A stretch of 60,809 nucleotides of DNA from Octopus bimaculoides. Taxonomy: Eukaryota. The stretch is from assembly GCF_001194135.2 (NCBI RefSeq), contig NC_068986.1:98617510-98678318 (forward strand). Reading direction: 5' to 3'. Under the pieces are notes generated by a model. That model was given only the letters and a program-made list of their open reading frames with translations. It had not been told where the DNA came from and made no database searches. The position numbers and the translations under genes were made by a program. Shown here piece after piece: positions 11,740 through 23,470 of this stretch; the stretch's first letter is position 1, and every line of letters begins with the position of its first letter.

Positions 11740-12820
11740 TTTATTATCTTTTACATTTTTGCAGAAACTCACGTTTTCGGCTATAGAGATTCCGATTCTG
11801 AAAAAAAAATGGCAAAAATCGCAAGTTCAAAATTTCAATTTCCCTCCCACTTCCTTTTTTTATTTTTCACTTTTTTTCAGAAAGTGTTTGAGCAAAATAC
11901 GTAGAAAACTACGGAGACTATGATTCTGAAAAAAAAAAATTGTTTTTAAAATTTCAATTTTTCAAAAAAAAAAAATAATAAATTACCTCAACCCTCCCCG
12001 CCCGATTCTACAGCCTTCAAGCAGGCTATTCACATGCTAGAAATAACAGTCAAATCTCACACAAACACTTTCAGGTTCATATGTACACAATTTGTATGGA
12101 ATGCTTTGTTGTATCAGTCTTTGCTTTTCCCTGGGATAACATTGGTGGCATGGAGAGGGTAGGTTGTTATACATGAGCGACTTCCGACCTTCCATAAACG
12201 AATTTGCCCGAACTTCTACATTGGAGGGGAACGTTCTAGGTGCAATCTCTTGGTCATTCATAACCAATGGGGATTTTTACCTTTTTCCCCTACTAGATAT
12301 TAGTAAACACATTGGTCCTCTGAAAAAAATTGGATTTGTAGTCTGCGAGGTACAATGCAACCTCAATAGTCAGATGGTATTAAAAAAAGCACCCAGGTCA
12401 TGCTGTAAAGTGGATGTTGTTATGAAGGGCATGTAGCCATAAATAAGTGACCAAAACATACATTGGAGCACAATGCAGTCCGTAGACACATCAGATCCGG
12501 TCAAACAGTCCAGCCTATGCCAGCAAGGAACGTGGATAGTAGATGATGATGATGATGATGATGATGATGATAATTTATATATTTTTTGCGAAAATGTTCC
12601 TGAAAATAACTACACAAAAATAACCACTGCAAAAAATTTCTGAAAAAAAAGGGAAAAATGAAGAAATGGGGGAAGTGGGGGAGGAAGCTGAAATTGAAAT
12701 CTTGAAGTTGCGATTTTTGCCAATTTTTTTTTTTTTTTTTTTTTCAGAACCGGAATCTCCATAGCCGAAAACTTGGGTTTCCGTAGAAATAAAAATTAAA
12801 AATTAAACTTAATAATAATC
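11740..12820. repeat. Pair of ~150-180 bp inverted repeats (about 11740-11890 and 12637-12820) enclosing other repeat fragments
   Basis: The left arm GTTTTCGGCTATAGAGATTCCGATTCTGAAAAA..GGCAAAAATCGCAAGTTCAAAATTTCAATTTC matches the reverse complement of the right arm. A partial direct sub-repeat lies at 11909-11963. Confidence 0.75.
12340..12570 (+). mobile_element. Retroposon 3' end with (GAT)n tail (RTE-associated type)
   Basis: TCCGGTCAAACAGTCCAGCCTATGCCAGCAAGGAA followed by (GAT)n. Family assignment is from memory. Confidence 0.5.
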
Positions 12821-12829
12821 TACCTGTGA

Positions 12830-14311
12830 AAGTTCTGAAGAGTTGTCAGAGGAATGTTTTCTATTATACTCCAAGTAAAACCGCTTTAACTCTTTCAGCG
12901 ACTATGGCAGAGGGAAGCAGTTTTTTAGATGGTGCTCCAGAGAACACCATATTTAGATCCGGTAATTATTGATGGGGTATTCCATGGCACCTACCAATTC
13001 AGGTAGTCTACTTTGCTCTTCGTGCCAATTTTGTGTGAATCAACAGATTATCGTCCTGGAAAACTGGTATACTATCAAGGAACAATGGCTGTACTCTGAG
13101 ATAGACATAATAAACCAAAAGATTCAGATAACTCTTCTTCTTAACACTGCAAAATAGAACTAAATGGCAGAGGGAAATCTATAATATGCCTGCTCAAATA
13201 GCCAGTGAGACATTTTCATGCTTCAGAATAAGGGCTAAATGTTCAGGGTAGTGTCTGGACATGTTGTTGTTGGCACTCCATCGCTAACGACGTCGACGGT
13301 TCCAGGTGATCCGATCAACGGAACAGCCTGCTCATGAAATTAACGTGCAAGTGGCTGAGCACTCCACACACACGTGTACCCTTAACGTAGTTCTCGGGGA
13401 TATTAGGCGTGACAGTGTGACAAGGCTGACCCTTTGAATTACAGGCACAACAGAAACAGGAAGTAAGAGTGAGAGAAAGTTGTGGTGAAAGAGTACAGCA
13501 GGGTTCGCCAGCATCCCCTGCCGGATCCTCGTGGAGCTTTAGGTGTTTTCGCTCAATAAACACTCACAACGCCCGGTATGAGAATCGAAATCACGATCCT
13601 ATAACCGCGAGTCCGCTGCTCTAACCACTGGGCCATTGTGCCTCCACTTGTCTTGACATAAACTCGCCCCAAAGAACAAAAAGCGTGAATGATGATTCAT
13701 CAGAGATGGCATTGTTCCATTGAGTCATTCACTATTTCTGATAGTCTAGACACCATTTTTACCATTTATCAATGTTATGGAAAACGGGAGTTTCAGCAAG
13801 TCTAAGCTTCCCATGTTATACAAAATTATGGAACTCACAACGAACGGTATTGATTGACGCAGAGTTGGAAAGGTGATGGTTTAGCTCTGCAGTATTTTGA
13901 TGACGTTTAGACACAATACATTTCACTCTTCTGTGGCCTCTTTCTGTGAGCTTTGGTTTCTGTCCGGAATTATGCTTGCCTGTGTTGGTTTTGCCTGGGC
14001 TTGGAAATGCGAAAAGATTTTGTAGGCTGTCTCTCGAAAAATTAAGCAATTTAGGAGTTTTAGTGATTAAACCTCCAGTCATCCAATCATCAGTATTTGT
14101 CCTCTTTGTAAATCAGACAGCTCGCGCATTTTATCTTGTTTATATATAAATACCCGAAAAAGAAAAAGACGCCTTTACAAAGAAGTACAAGTCATACATA
14201 ACGCATATGATAACATATATACCGAATAGAAGAGTTCTAAATTTGTCGAGTTGATAATAGAATAAACATTTAAATAAAAAGTGGTATTCTCATCATTTTG
14301 TCCAACCCATG
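12830..14311 (-). mobile_element. Tc1-like transposon relic interrupted by a SINE
   Basis: TA plus a TIR-like CATGGGTTGGACAAAATGATGAGAATACC at 14311. Peptides in order: ITKTPKLL..NSGQKPKLTERGHRRVKCIVSK..TAELN, WCLDYQK..SDESSFTLF (~13700), ILKHE.., PVFQDDN (~13055), PDLN (~12955), SLKELKR. Confidence 0.8.
13260..13647 (-). mobile_element. Well-preserved tRNA-derived SINE, family C (octopus OR2-like, name from memory)
   Basis: The reverse complement starts GTGGAGGCACAATGGCCCAGTGGTTAGAGCAGCGGACTCGCGG..TTTCGATTCTC (A and B boxes) and ends in a (CAA)n-like tail. Confidence 0.85.
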
Positions 14312-14762
14312 TATGTATGCATGTTTGTATGTATGGTTGTTTGTATATATGTATGGTTGTATGTACGTTTGTTTGTATGTATGAATGTATTGGTGGAAGA
14401 AAGATTAACATTAGAATATAAGATGTTAAATTAAGATCATGTTAAAACATTTTAGTTCTATGTAATGTAAGGTTGCTCTCTCATGATATAGGTAGATTTA
14501 TTGCTCGAAACGAAATTCCGATAGGTATGCGTGTTCCCGTCATTAGTGTTTGCTTTGTAATCGATTTACATCAAGAGATTACTGAATCAATAGCCAAAGA
14601 AGACATGAGCAAAAATTTCAAATATTGTTTGAATGATATAAAATGGAAGCACATGACAATTTTCATGTGTAAAGCGTATTTGGATATTATACCAACTCAT
14701 CTTCCAAGATTTAGAATGTCACCGGTTGCATACATTTCAATTTCAAACATCTGAGTTTCTAT

Positions 14763-15104
14763 TGATAGTATGTTGTTAACTTAATGTGACAGTCTCATGA
14801 AAGGGAAGGACGCTACTGTTGTGTATCCCTAGGACACACCGTTCCCTGTTGGACTTGACACATCTCCTGTGTCGTTATGTTTTCAAAGTGAGATAAGCAC
14901 CTCCATGCTACTCCAGACTGATGATGAGCAAGACTCTGAAACTAGTCTCTGGATGCTGGGTGGAGGTGCTTATCTCCACTTTGAAAACATAAGGACACAG
15001 GAAATGTGTCAACTCCAAGAGGAAACGGTGTTTCCTAGGGCTAAATAACAGTATCTTTGTTCCCTTTCATGAGACTGTCACATTAAGTTGACAACATATT
15101 ATCA
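14763..15104. repeat. 342-bp palindrome (arms ~155 bp, roughly 85% complementary)
   Basis: 14763-14917 aligns with the reverse complement of 14948-15104 along its whole length. No clear TSD. Confidence 0.92.
14912..14953 (+). ncRNA. Minimal type-I hammerhead-like motif at the palindrome apex
   Basis: TCCAGA-CTGATGA-T-GAG-caaga-CTC-T-GAAA-CTAGTC-TCTGGA: stem I, core, stem II, palindromic ACTAGT stem III and a GUC site. One extra T lies before GAAA. Confidence 0.55.
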
Positions 15105-15617
15105 TTTTATGGTGATGTTACTGCTTAAATCTCTCTGAGAGATTTAGAAATGTATTATTTCTACATCCGAGTTTCTTTATACTGTTGTTAATGGTATGAG
15201 GTAGTATGAAATGAAGTCTTGAAATAGTTTATTGGTTGTTTTACAAAGTTTCAAAAACGAAAGCAGTTACATTACTCCATGTTTTATGTGTGTGTGTATA
15301 TATATGTAAGAAGAGTGTATAAATGTGAATAAATCACAACTATAACGCAGAAATTTTTGATTACATGTTCTGTCCACTGATATATTCGTAAATAATTTTG
15401 AATTGTTTACGATGTAACCTGCGTAATTTATGTGTTTTACATTAATTTCTTTTATATANNNNNNNNNNNNNNNNNNNNNNNNNNNNNNNNNNNNNNNNNN
15501 NNNNNNNNNNNNNNNNNNNNNNNNNNNNNNNNNNNNNNNNNNNNNNNNNNNNNNNNNNNNNNNNNNNNNNNNNNNNNNNNNNNNNNNNNNNNNNNNNNNN
15601 NTCCGATCTGTATATAA

Positions 15618-15648
<31 letters not shown>

Positions 15649-15909
15649 CATATATACATGTAGGGAGATATGCATATAGAGAGGGAGACACATACACATG
15701 CATACATTTATGTGTGTATGTGTATATATGTATTATCTGCTAATAATTCGACTCTGGGAATTTCAGTCGTGTTTGTTGTTTTAAAAATATAAGTGTGTGT
15801 GTGTGCGCGTGTGTCTGTGTGTGTCTGTGTGTGTGTGAGTGTGTGTGAATGTGTGTGTATGTGTGTTTGTGTGTGTGCATTTTTTAGATCAATTTATTCA
15901 TATGTATTC

Positions 15910-16345
15910 AGGCGGCGAGCTGATAGAAGCGTTGGCACGCCGGGCGAAATGCTTAGCGGTATTTCGTCTTCCGTTACGTTCTGAGTTCAAATTCCGCCGA
16001 AGTCGACTTTGCCTTTCATCCTTTCGGGGTCGATAGATTAAGTACCAGTTATGCACTGGGGTCGATGTAATCGACTTAATACCCTTGTCTGTCCTTGTTT
16101 GTCCCCTCTATGTTTAGCCCCTTCTGGGCAATAAAGAAATAAGAAACGTTAGCACGCCGGGCGAAATGCTTAGTGATATTTCGTCTGTCTTTATGTTCTG
16201 AGTTCAAATTCTGCCGAGGTCGACTTTGCCTTTCGTCCTTTTGGGGTCGATAATTTAAGTATCAGCTGCGTACTGTGGTCAATCTAATCGACTGGGCCCC
16301 TCACCAAATATTTCGGGCTTGTGCCTGGAGTAGAAAAGAATTTAT
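15910..16345 (+). mobile_element. Composite SINE family A: a complete copy (15910-16142) followed by a head-truncated copy with a different tail
   Basis: Two successive GAAATGCTTAG..GTTCTGAGTTCAAATT..GTCGACTTTGCCTTTC..GGGGTCGAT modules. The first ends GGGCAATAAAGAAATAAG and the second ends GTAGAAAAGAATT. Confidence 0.9.
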
Positions 16346-16779
16346 TCATATGTATGCATGTATGTATGTATGTATGTATGTATGTTAGCGGTCGTTTGAG
16401 TAAGGAAGTATCGTTTATCGATATTGTTTCAGGCTCGCTGAGATCTGAGTTCAAATTCCGCCTAGCTCAACTTGCATTTCATCTTTACGAGGTCGTTAAG
16501 TAAAGGTCTCGATCTCTTTTCTTTCATTCATAGCTTCCCCTTTCTCACCTCCAACCAGTCTATGACAATATATAAATAGTGAAAGAACCCATTTGCAGGA
16601 GTGGAGGCTATTCGCTCGACTAAAACCGTTCATGAAGTGCCCCAACATGACCACAGTCTAAGGACTGAAACTAGTAAGAGGTTAAATACATAAGTCAATA
16701 CAAACAAGGAGAGACAGACAGATAGTCATACAGACAGACAGACAGATAGACAGACAGACAGACAGACAGATAGACAGAC

Positions 16780-17456
16780 AATGCCGGCTGAAACAGTTGC
16801 CACGCTTGAAACAGCTCACAAGGACACTGCTATGAGCACAACACAAGTTTACATGTGGTTTTCACGCTTTCGGAATGGTCACTTGTCAGTTGAAGACCGA
16901 CCTTGTTCAGAACGACATTCAACCTCCCGAACGAATGAAAACATCACAGAAATTCATAAACTAATCTCAGAGGACCGCCACCAGACAATTGACGAACTTG
17001 TTGATATGACCGACCAGTGTGCCGTGTGCTGGAGCTCCTGCCAATGAATTTTGAGCGAGGAATTGCGGAAGAAAAGAGTTGCAGCAAAATGTGTGCCTCA
17101 CTTATTCATGGAAGATCAAAAGCAGTTACGACTGAATGCGTGTCGTGAACGGAAAGAAATTGAAAGTTGATGTCGACGTTTTTTTTGTTTTTTTTTTCGA
17201 ATATCATCATTTCTGATGAAAGCTGGTGCTATGGAATTTGCAGATGTTGTAAAGGTGAAGAGCAAAAAACGACGGAGGTGTCAAAAGGCCTCACTTCACA
17301 AGAGTTCCAGCACTGCTTTGAAAAGTGGAAAACATGCTTTGACCGATGCATTGCTTCAAATGGAGAGTACTTTGAAGGCGGTAAAAGTGTAAACATGTAA
17401 AGCTAAGTGAATAAAATAATACTGCAAAATTCCGGTTTTTTTGGGGTACCCCCTCG
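16780..17456 (+). mobile_element. Internally deleted, 5'-truncated mariner (irritans-like, subfamily from memory)
   Basis: AETVATLETAHKDTAMSTTQVYMWFSRFRNG..EDRHQTIDELVD, WSSCQ*ILSEEL..KCVPHL, SDESWCYG joined directly to the C-terminal EFQHCFEKWK..CIASNGEYFEG. The right TIR ends GGGGTACCCCCTCG with TA at 17457-17458. Confidence 0.85.
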
Positions 17457-17467
17457 TATACATATAG

Positions 17468-17865
17468 ACGCAGGAATAGCTGTGTAGTCAAGAAGTTCAC
17501 TTCAAAAACATCGACTTCCAAGTTCAATTTCACTGTACGGCATCTTCGGTAAGTGTTATCGACAATGACCAGTGTCCGATTAAGGCCTTTTGAGTGAATT
17601 TAGCACATGGACACTGAAAGAAGCCTGTCGTCTTATACACAAACATACATGAAACATAGATACAAACACGCATATACATACATATATACATACTTTTGTA
17701 AGTGTGTGAGCATGTTTATGCCTGCATGTGTTTGTGTCTTGCCTAGTTATCACACGCTTATTGAAAGTAAACCATATTGTCATACAAGCTATTGAAAGTA
17801 TTCTATTGCTTGAAAACAGTTGAAAGTTAGTGATGGAACGAACGTCTAGCTGTTGAGGAAAGCCA
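17468..17865 (+). mobile_element. Degenerate SINE family B with internal microsatellite
   Basis: GCAGGAATAGCTGTGTAG head, AGTTCAATTTCACTG, CTGAAAGAAGCCTGTCGT, then AC/TG-rich repeats. Confidence 0.5.
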
Positions 17866-18229
17866 GACGTTAAAAGGTTAAAATCTAAATATATATAAAT
17901 ATATATGCATTATATATGTGTGGGTGTATGTAGGATATGTATTTGTGTGTCTTCGATTACTATTTTATGGTCGTCAACCTAATTACTATATTAAGTTTTC
18001 AACGTTTCTTGCATTGATTCCTTATTGGCAGTGATGCTTGTTGATTCACACATTCACCTAATCACTTTGTTGCATAGTTTCCATTCTATTTCACACACCA
18101 TGGAATTCTATCCTTACTCTCGGATTTCCTGCATTACATTCTTCGATTTTCGACATTAGATTCTCACTTTTTAGAAGTTTCAGAGAATACCATCGGATTA
18201 CAATGAACAATTTGTTCTTCATTTTCGTC

Positions 18230-19260
18230 TTACCAATTTATCACGAACCTGTCTACTTTGTTTTCTCTTTTGTATGCATTCATTCACTCCTTACACCACC
18301 ATCATGGTTATTATAAATTTTCCGTTCTGACGCACACATCCGCCTTAAATAACGATCCCCCTAGTTGGGTCCAATTGTCCTTACACAGCTCCCAAATCTC
18401 TTTTTTACAAATAATCCCCCACTCCGCGTACACAAATTTCATCAGCCCTTGCCTCTTTTACTCCATATTCCTCCACTCCTCTTTTAATCAAATGTGCACC
18501 CTCAACTGTCATCTTCCCAAGTCTATAACCACTTCACTTCCACTCCCTCCTCTCCTCTTCCACTCCCTCCTCTCCTCTTCCACGTTGTTGATTCTCACAT
18601 CTACATATCCTATTCTTCCCGCCATCCTACCCCTCAAAATTCTAATAGCCGAATCTATCCCACCACCTTCAGACATGTAGCCACTTTTCACCCACGTTTC
18701 CCTCCCATGCAACACATTCCACAACCGTCACTGCTAATCTTTTTTTTCACACCGCCACCAGAAAATACCACTTTTCCTACAGCTCATTTCATCTCACTTC
18801 TCACTTCCAGTGCACTCACTACCAATTTACCAAAACCTGGCTACCAAAACCTTGTACTGTCAACCATCTGCTAAATCATATCCTCTTCCTTCATTTCCTG
18901 ATCATCACCCACCAAATTACCCACAATCATCGCATCTGCACTATCCATTTCCTCTTCAGAATTCACAAACATAAAGACAGTAGCCGCCCCAACCTCTCAG
19001 CCGGCAATTATCTAACAGAGCAGATGTCTAAATACTTCGACTTCATTCCCTCATTCCTAGCGCCGTACCTCCTACATCTATGATTCCACACCCTCCACCT
19101 CTTCAACTCTTTGTATTTCCATGGCATTTTCCGGTTTTTCATTCACCTTAGATAGCATGTCTCTTTACATCTTCATTCTTCATAGGATAACGTCCCTGAT
19201 ATGCAACATTTCCTCGGCCACCGTACCACTCCTCAGCCCAGAACACCTATAATAACTCTA
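18230..19260 (-). mobile_element. Highly decayed RTE-type LINE fragment
   Basis: Purine-rich minus strand with VLHGRETW (cf. LHGSETW) at ~18700. Little other similarity is recognisable. Confidence 0.45.
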
Positions 19261-20627
19261 AAGAAAACTCCAGCATACGCATATGCATTGACAAGTATAC
19301 ACAATAAACACGCAAAATCTAAATAACTCTTCACTAACGCATACAATCATGTCAGAAACATATACACCGAGACATACGCACTTTCTATATCACCTATATA
19401 CATATTCATGAAAACAGACACAAAGAAACTACCTGTACATGCACACACTTGCAAATAATGTATGCATAAATAATATGGGCACACGAGTACAATCAGGTGT
19501 ACTAGGTCGAAGCATTAAACAAACAGCATCAACAACTATAAAATATATAATTGCTTCTTTAACAGTCACATACAAGTCTGCACTCAAACCGCATGCCTTA
19601 AAACTAAAACAGACACGCATACATCCCCGAAGAAAACTACCAGTATACACACACAAATCTAAGCAATGTATACATTCACCTAATAGAAACAAATGGACAA
19701 ACACATACACGTACGCACGCTAATGCACACAGTCATGCGTACAGTGACCTCACCTATGCCTTATATCAGCATAGAGCTTTCCCCCTTTCCACCCAAACTC
19801 CGTTCATTTCCATCATGGCTTGAGGTTAACAATAATTTTTACTGTGATTGTTTTTTTTTGTTTGTTTTTTTATATAATTTCAAAAAAAATTATTTTTATT
19901 TTTTATTCTTTCCTGTGTTCTACTTTTCTCTTTCTGTCTTTTCGAAGAGTTTTAGCTCGAAACATAAAACACATTTCTGTTTCAACTGCCTGGGCGCCAT
20001 CCTAGTAACTATACTTTGTTTTCACCTACTCAACGCGTTGTTATTTCCTTGTCAAATTTACACAAGCATATACACACAGAAAAACACATTATACATACAC
20101 ACAACACATATGCACATATATAAGTATGGTTATTTATGAGTATGTGTATGTACATGTGTGTGAATAAACGGTTTACTCCATATGCAAACTATCGTATGTA
20201 TACTATTTATGAATAGTATATCGGAAATTCCATTTTGTCTGTTTTTCTTTATTAAGAATCGTAACACAGTTGTATTGTTGACATAAACATCTGGAGGATC
20301 TAAGCGCTGTATCGACTATGAAAATAACAAACATATGTATATTATATTGATATAAACTTGTTATTGGAAAGTAGTTTTATAGCTTGCGTGAATTATAGCG
20401 TATTAGTTAAATAAAGAGGATACGTTTGTAAAAACGAATATCATGTTTATGTAAATGTCAAAATACATCGACTGAAAAAAACAAAAATGATTGAGCAACT
20501 ATGTAGTCACTCGTTCTACCACAAATAACAGTCAAGTTTTCCTCAAATCACATTTGAATATCTTTAAAAATATAGATTTTGTATAACGCAGTCTAAGGTA
20601 CTATATACTCATACTAAGCAATAACTA

Positions 20628-20815
20628 CGAGGGGGTGGTGAAGGTTCCTCGCTTTAGGTAAAAGAAAATACAGGAGGATTACTTAATCATGATTTATTCA
20701 ACATATTCTCCTCTCAGATTCACACAGTTATTGCAGCGGTCCTTTCGATTCTCTAAGCCCTATGAAAGAACTCGGAAGTTTGGGCCTTCAGCCAGGCCTT
20801 CGACGACACTCTCCC
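20628..20815 (-). mobile_element. Mariner 3' terminal fragment (third lineage)
   Basis: TA plus TIR-like CGAGGGGGTGGTGAAGGTTCCTCGCTTT. The minus strand encodes ..KDRCNNCVNLRGEYVE*. Confidence 0.75.
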
Positions 20816-21533
20816 AGGAACTTTGCAGCACCCCCTCTTATATACTTATATCCTAATACGAAATATGTACATCTAATTATCTATCTGTCTCTGTCTAGAA
20901 GAGTATATATATANNNNNNNNNNACGAGTATGACATTGAGACGGAAGACCATTCTACATAAAAAGCAGATCCGGTTCCTGCAATGCAGATATATTCCTTT
21001 AAGTGAACACATAGAGAGTTGTGCAAGTAACATCAAACCAAATTTCAGTTTTCCCCTTCTAGCAGTGCAAACATACAATTTCTATAGAAGAATGTTTAAA
21101 TAAAGAAAGTTTATTCATCGAAAAATACAGAATACGTCTAAATATGCACGCATAACCAACTTTGATCTCTATACATATTTTAATTCAAGATTGCATACCC
21201 ATCAGTGTATATATTTCTCCCCAGTACTTTAGTTTTTGAATATTTGCGTATAAATAATTCCTCAACCAACCCCGAAAGATGAACAATTATTTACCCTGTT
21301 CACAATAATAACGATCACTAATTACTTCCCCTTAGATTATTCTACTTGTTGAATCATTCATTCATAAACTCCAAACAAATCATAGACAAAAAATTCCTTT
21401 TAAGAAAATACGTATTTAAATAAATTTTAATGTCATGATTAGCGAAAGTGAAACCGGTCGAGAAACACAATATAAAATGTATTTAAAATATATTAAAGTT
21501 ATATAATGTATGTGCATTTTCCTTCTGTAATCT

Positions 21534-21567
<34 letters not shown>

Positions 21568-23069
21568 TAAAAATATAGATAAGTTATAAGGAATTTCTCC
21601 AAACGTTTACCGTTTTGCTCGCAGTCAAGTTCTCAAAAATGTGTCAACATCAACGGCTATTATATAAATTCTATTATAATACTTAGATAATAATTCAGAG
21701 ATATATTCCGTTGGATTATTCCAAATAAATTACCTATAGCCATACAGGTTTCCTGGAGTTGTTAAAATTGATAACAATAAGGAATATGGTGAAGTAACAT
21801 TTCATGGATTTTAATTTACATTTTGATTTAAATACAGCTCAATATTGACCTACACATGTTTCCAATACATCGGTTAGTAACTGTTGCAATTGCAACTCTG
21901 GGATCTATTCCATCTCAATCACATATTTTAAAGTAATTGTTTTGAACTAAAGTTTGAAACTTCGAATACTGGTAGAATTTATCTCGTAGAACACGGTTTA
22001 CTCTGGACGTTTGTGACAAAATTTTCTTTTTTAAAAGTTATTTCGTGTTAAAGTTGTCCTATAATCCATTTTTTTTTTAAATAATGAAGTTGCACCGATG
22101 TAAAAGTATTCAGTTCGTTCTTACGTAACTTTATTACAGTTTTCGTTTTGCATTTATCATTCACAGAACAGAAGCTTATTCTGTATATTCGTTTTCCCAA
22201 AATTATTTATTATTATTTACACTTTCATATAGTAGCGTTATATTATTTCTATTTCTAGCGGAATTTTTACTCGGTTCAACGTCATTTATTTGATTAAACG
22301 AGGTTGTTTCCTTTTCCGCGACGGTTATATTTTCATCGTTTCTTTCCATTTGAGTTTTCGTATTCAGTTCGATATTGTTTATACCTCCCTTATTATTCTC
22401 AATATTTACTTTCCCACTGATCAGAATATTTTTTCGAATTTTAGAATCAAAATGAAAATTAAAATCCATAAAATGCTACCGTACTCCCAGTTCTTCCTTC
22501 GCTTATTGACAACATATTGTATTTGGTGGAAATTGTTTCGTAAAACTTGTTCTGGATTTGCTGTCCCTCATAGCAAAACAGTAATATGACCTGACCACCC
22601 AATCCCTTCCGCCACACCTCTTCTTCTTCGCTCCTTCCTGTTTTTCTATTGTCCATCTCAGGCCCCTACCGATTATTTCTTTCCCAAAGTGTCAAACGTC
22701 GTGAATATCGTTTCCTTACGCGTTCTTTTTTCTCTTTTTTCTTCTCTGCGAAACATCGATTTGTGGAAGTGTCATATGTATCAGAAAGAGGTCTACAAAG
22801 GTAGTCATGGCCGGAGTCTTTTTTCTTAATTAACTGAAACAATAAAATCTATATCACTCGACATTGCATGGTCATGCAAACTGAAAGAAGAAGCAACTAA
22901 ATGCATCTCATAATCATACCTCAGTGGATCACTTCACTCCCAATAGTCGGTATAGGGGCGTCGTTGACGCATACAGCATGCTTGCGGTACTTTGCCCCAG
23001 CGATGTCTGTTTATTCTTCTTCGGGTCTGAATAGAGACGATTGGTTCCAGAGAATGAGGCAGAGAAAGA

Positions 23070-23337
23070 AAGATGAAGCAAAAGGAGGAGAAAGGGAGGA
23101 GGAAGGGAGGAGGAAGGGAGGAGGAAGAGGAGGAGTAGAGGGGAGGAAGAGGGGACGAAGAGGTGGAATGGAGGGGAGGAAGAGGTGGAATGGAGGGGAG
23201 GAAGAAGGGAGGAAGAGGGNNNNNNNNNNNNNNNNNNNNNNNNNNNNNNNNNNNNNNNNNNNNNNNNNNNNNNNNNNNNNNNNNNNNNNNNNNNNNNNNN
23301 NNNNNNGGAGGAGGAGGAGGAGGAGGAGGAGGAGGAA
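23070..23337. repeat. (GGA)n/purine-rich low-complexity tract spanning a gap
   Basis: Direct reading. Includes a 22-bp tandem duplication at ~23157-23200. Confidence 0.9.
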
Positions 23338-23344
23338 TCAACTC

Positions 23345-23470
23345 CAAAATTATTGCTTTGTGCATTTTTAATGGTCTCTGAAAGGTTGACAGGTAAAGTT
23401 GATCTTGGCGCCCTTTTAACTCAGAGTGCAAACAGCTGGAATGAATGCTACACTGATAAATAACAGCGTA
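23345..23470 (-). mobile_element. SINE family A fragment
   Basis: The reverse complement contains CTGAGTTAAAAG..AGATCAACTTTACCTGTCAACCTTTC. Confidence 0.45.

Noticed and set aside
12899-12961. Apparent 63-nt exon (TTTCAG / GTAATT) encoding MAEGSSFLDGAPENTIFRS, and a 13-bp direct repeat at 12904 and 13164
   Set aside because: This is the antisense strand of the Tc1 transposase C-terminus (PDLN motif). Tc1 similarity runs continuously across both repeats, so they are not a TSD.
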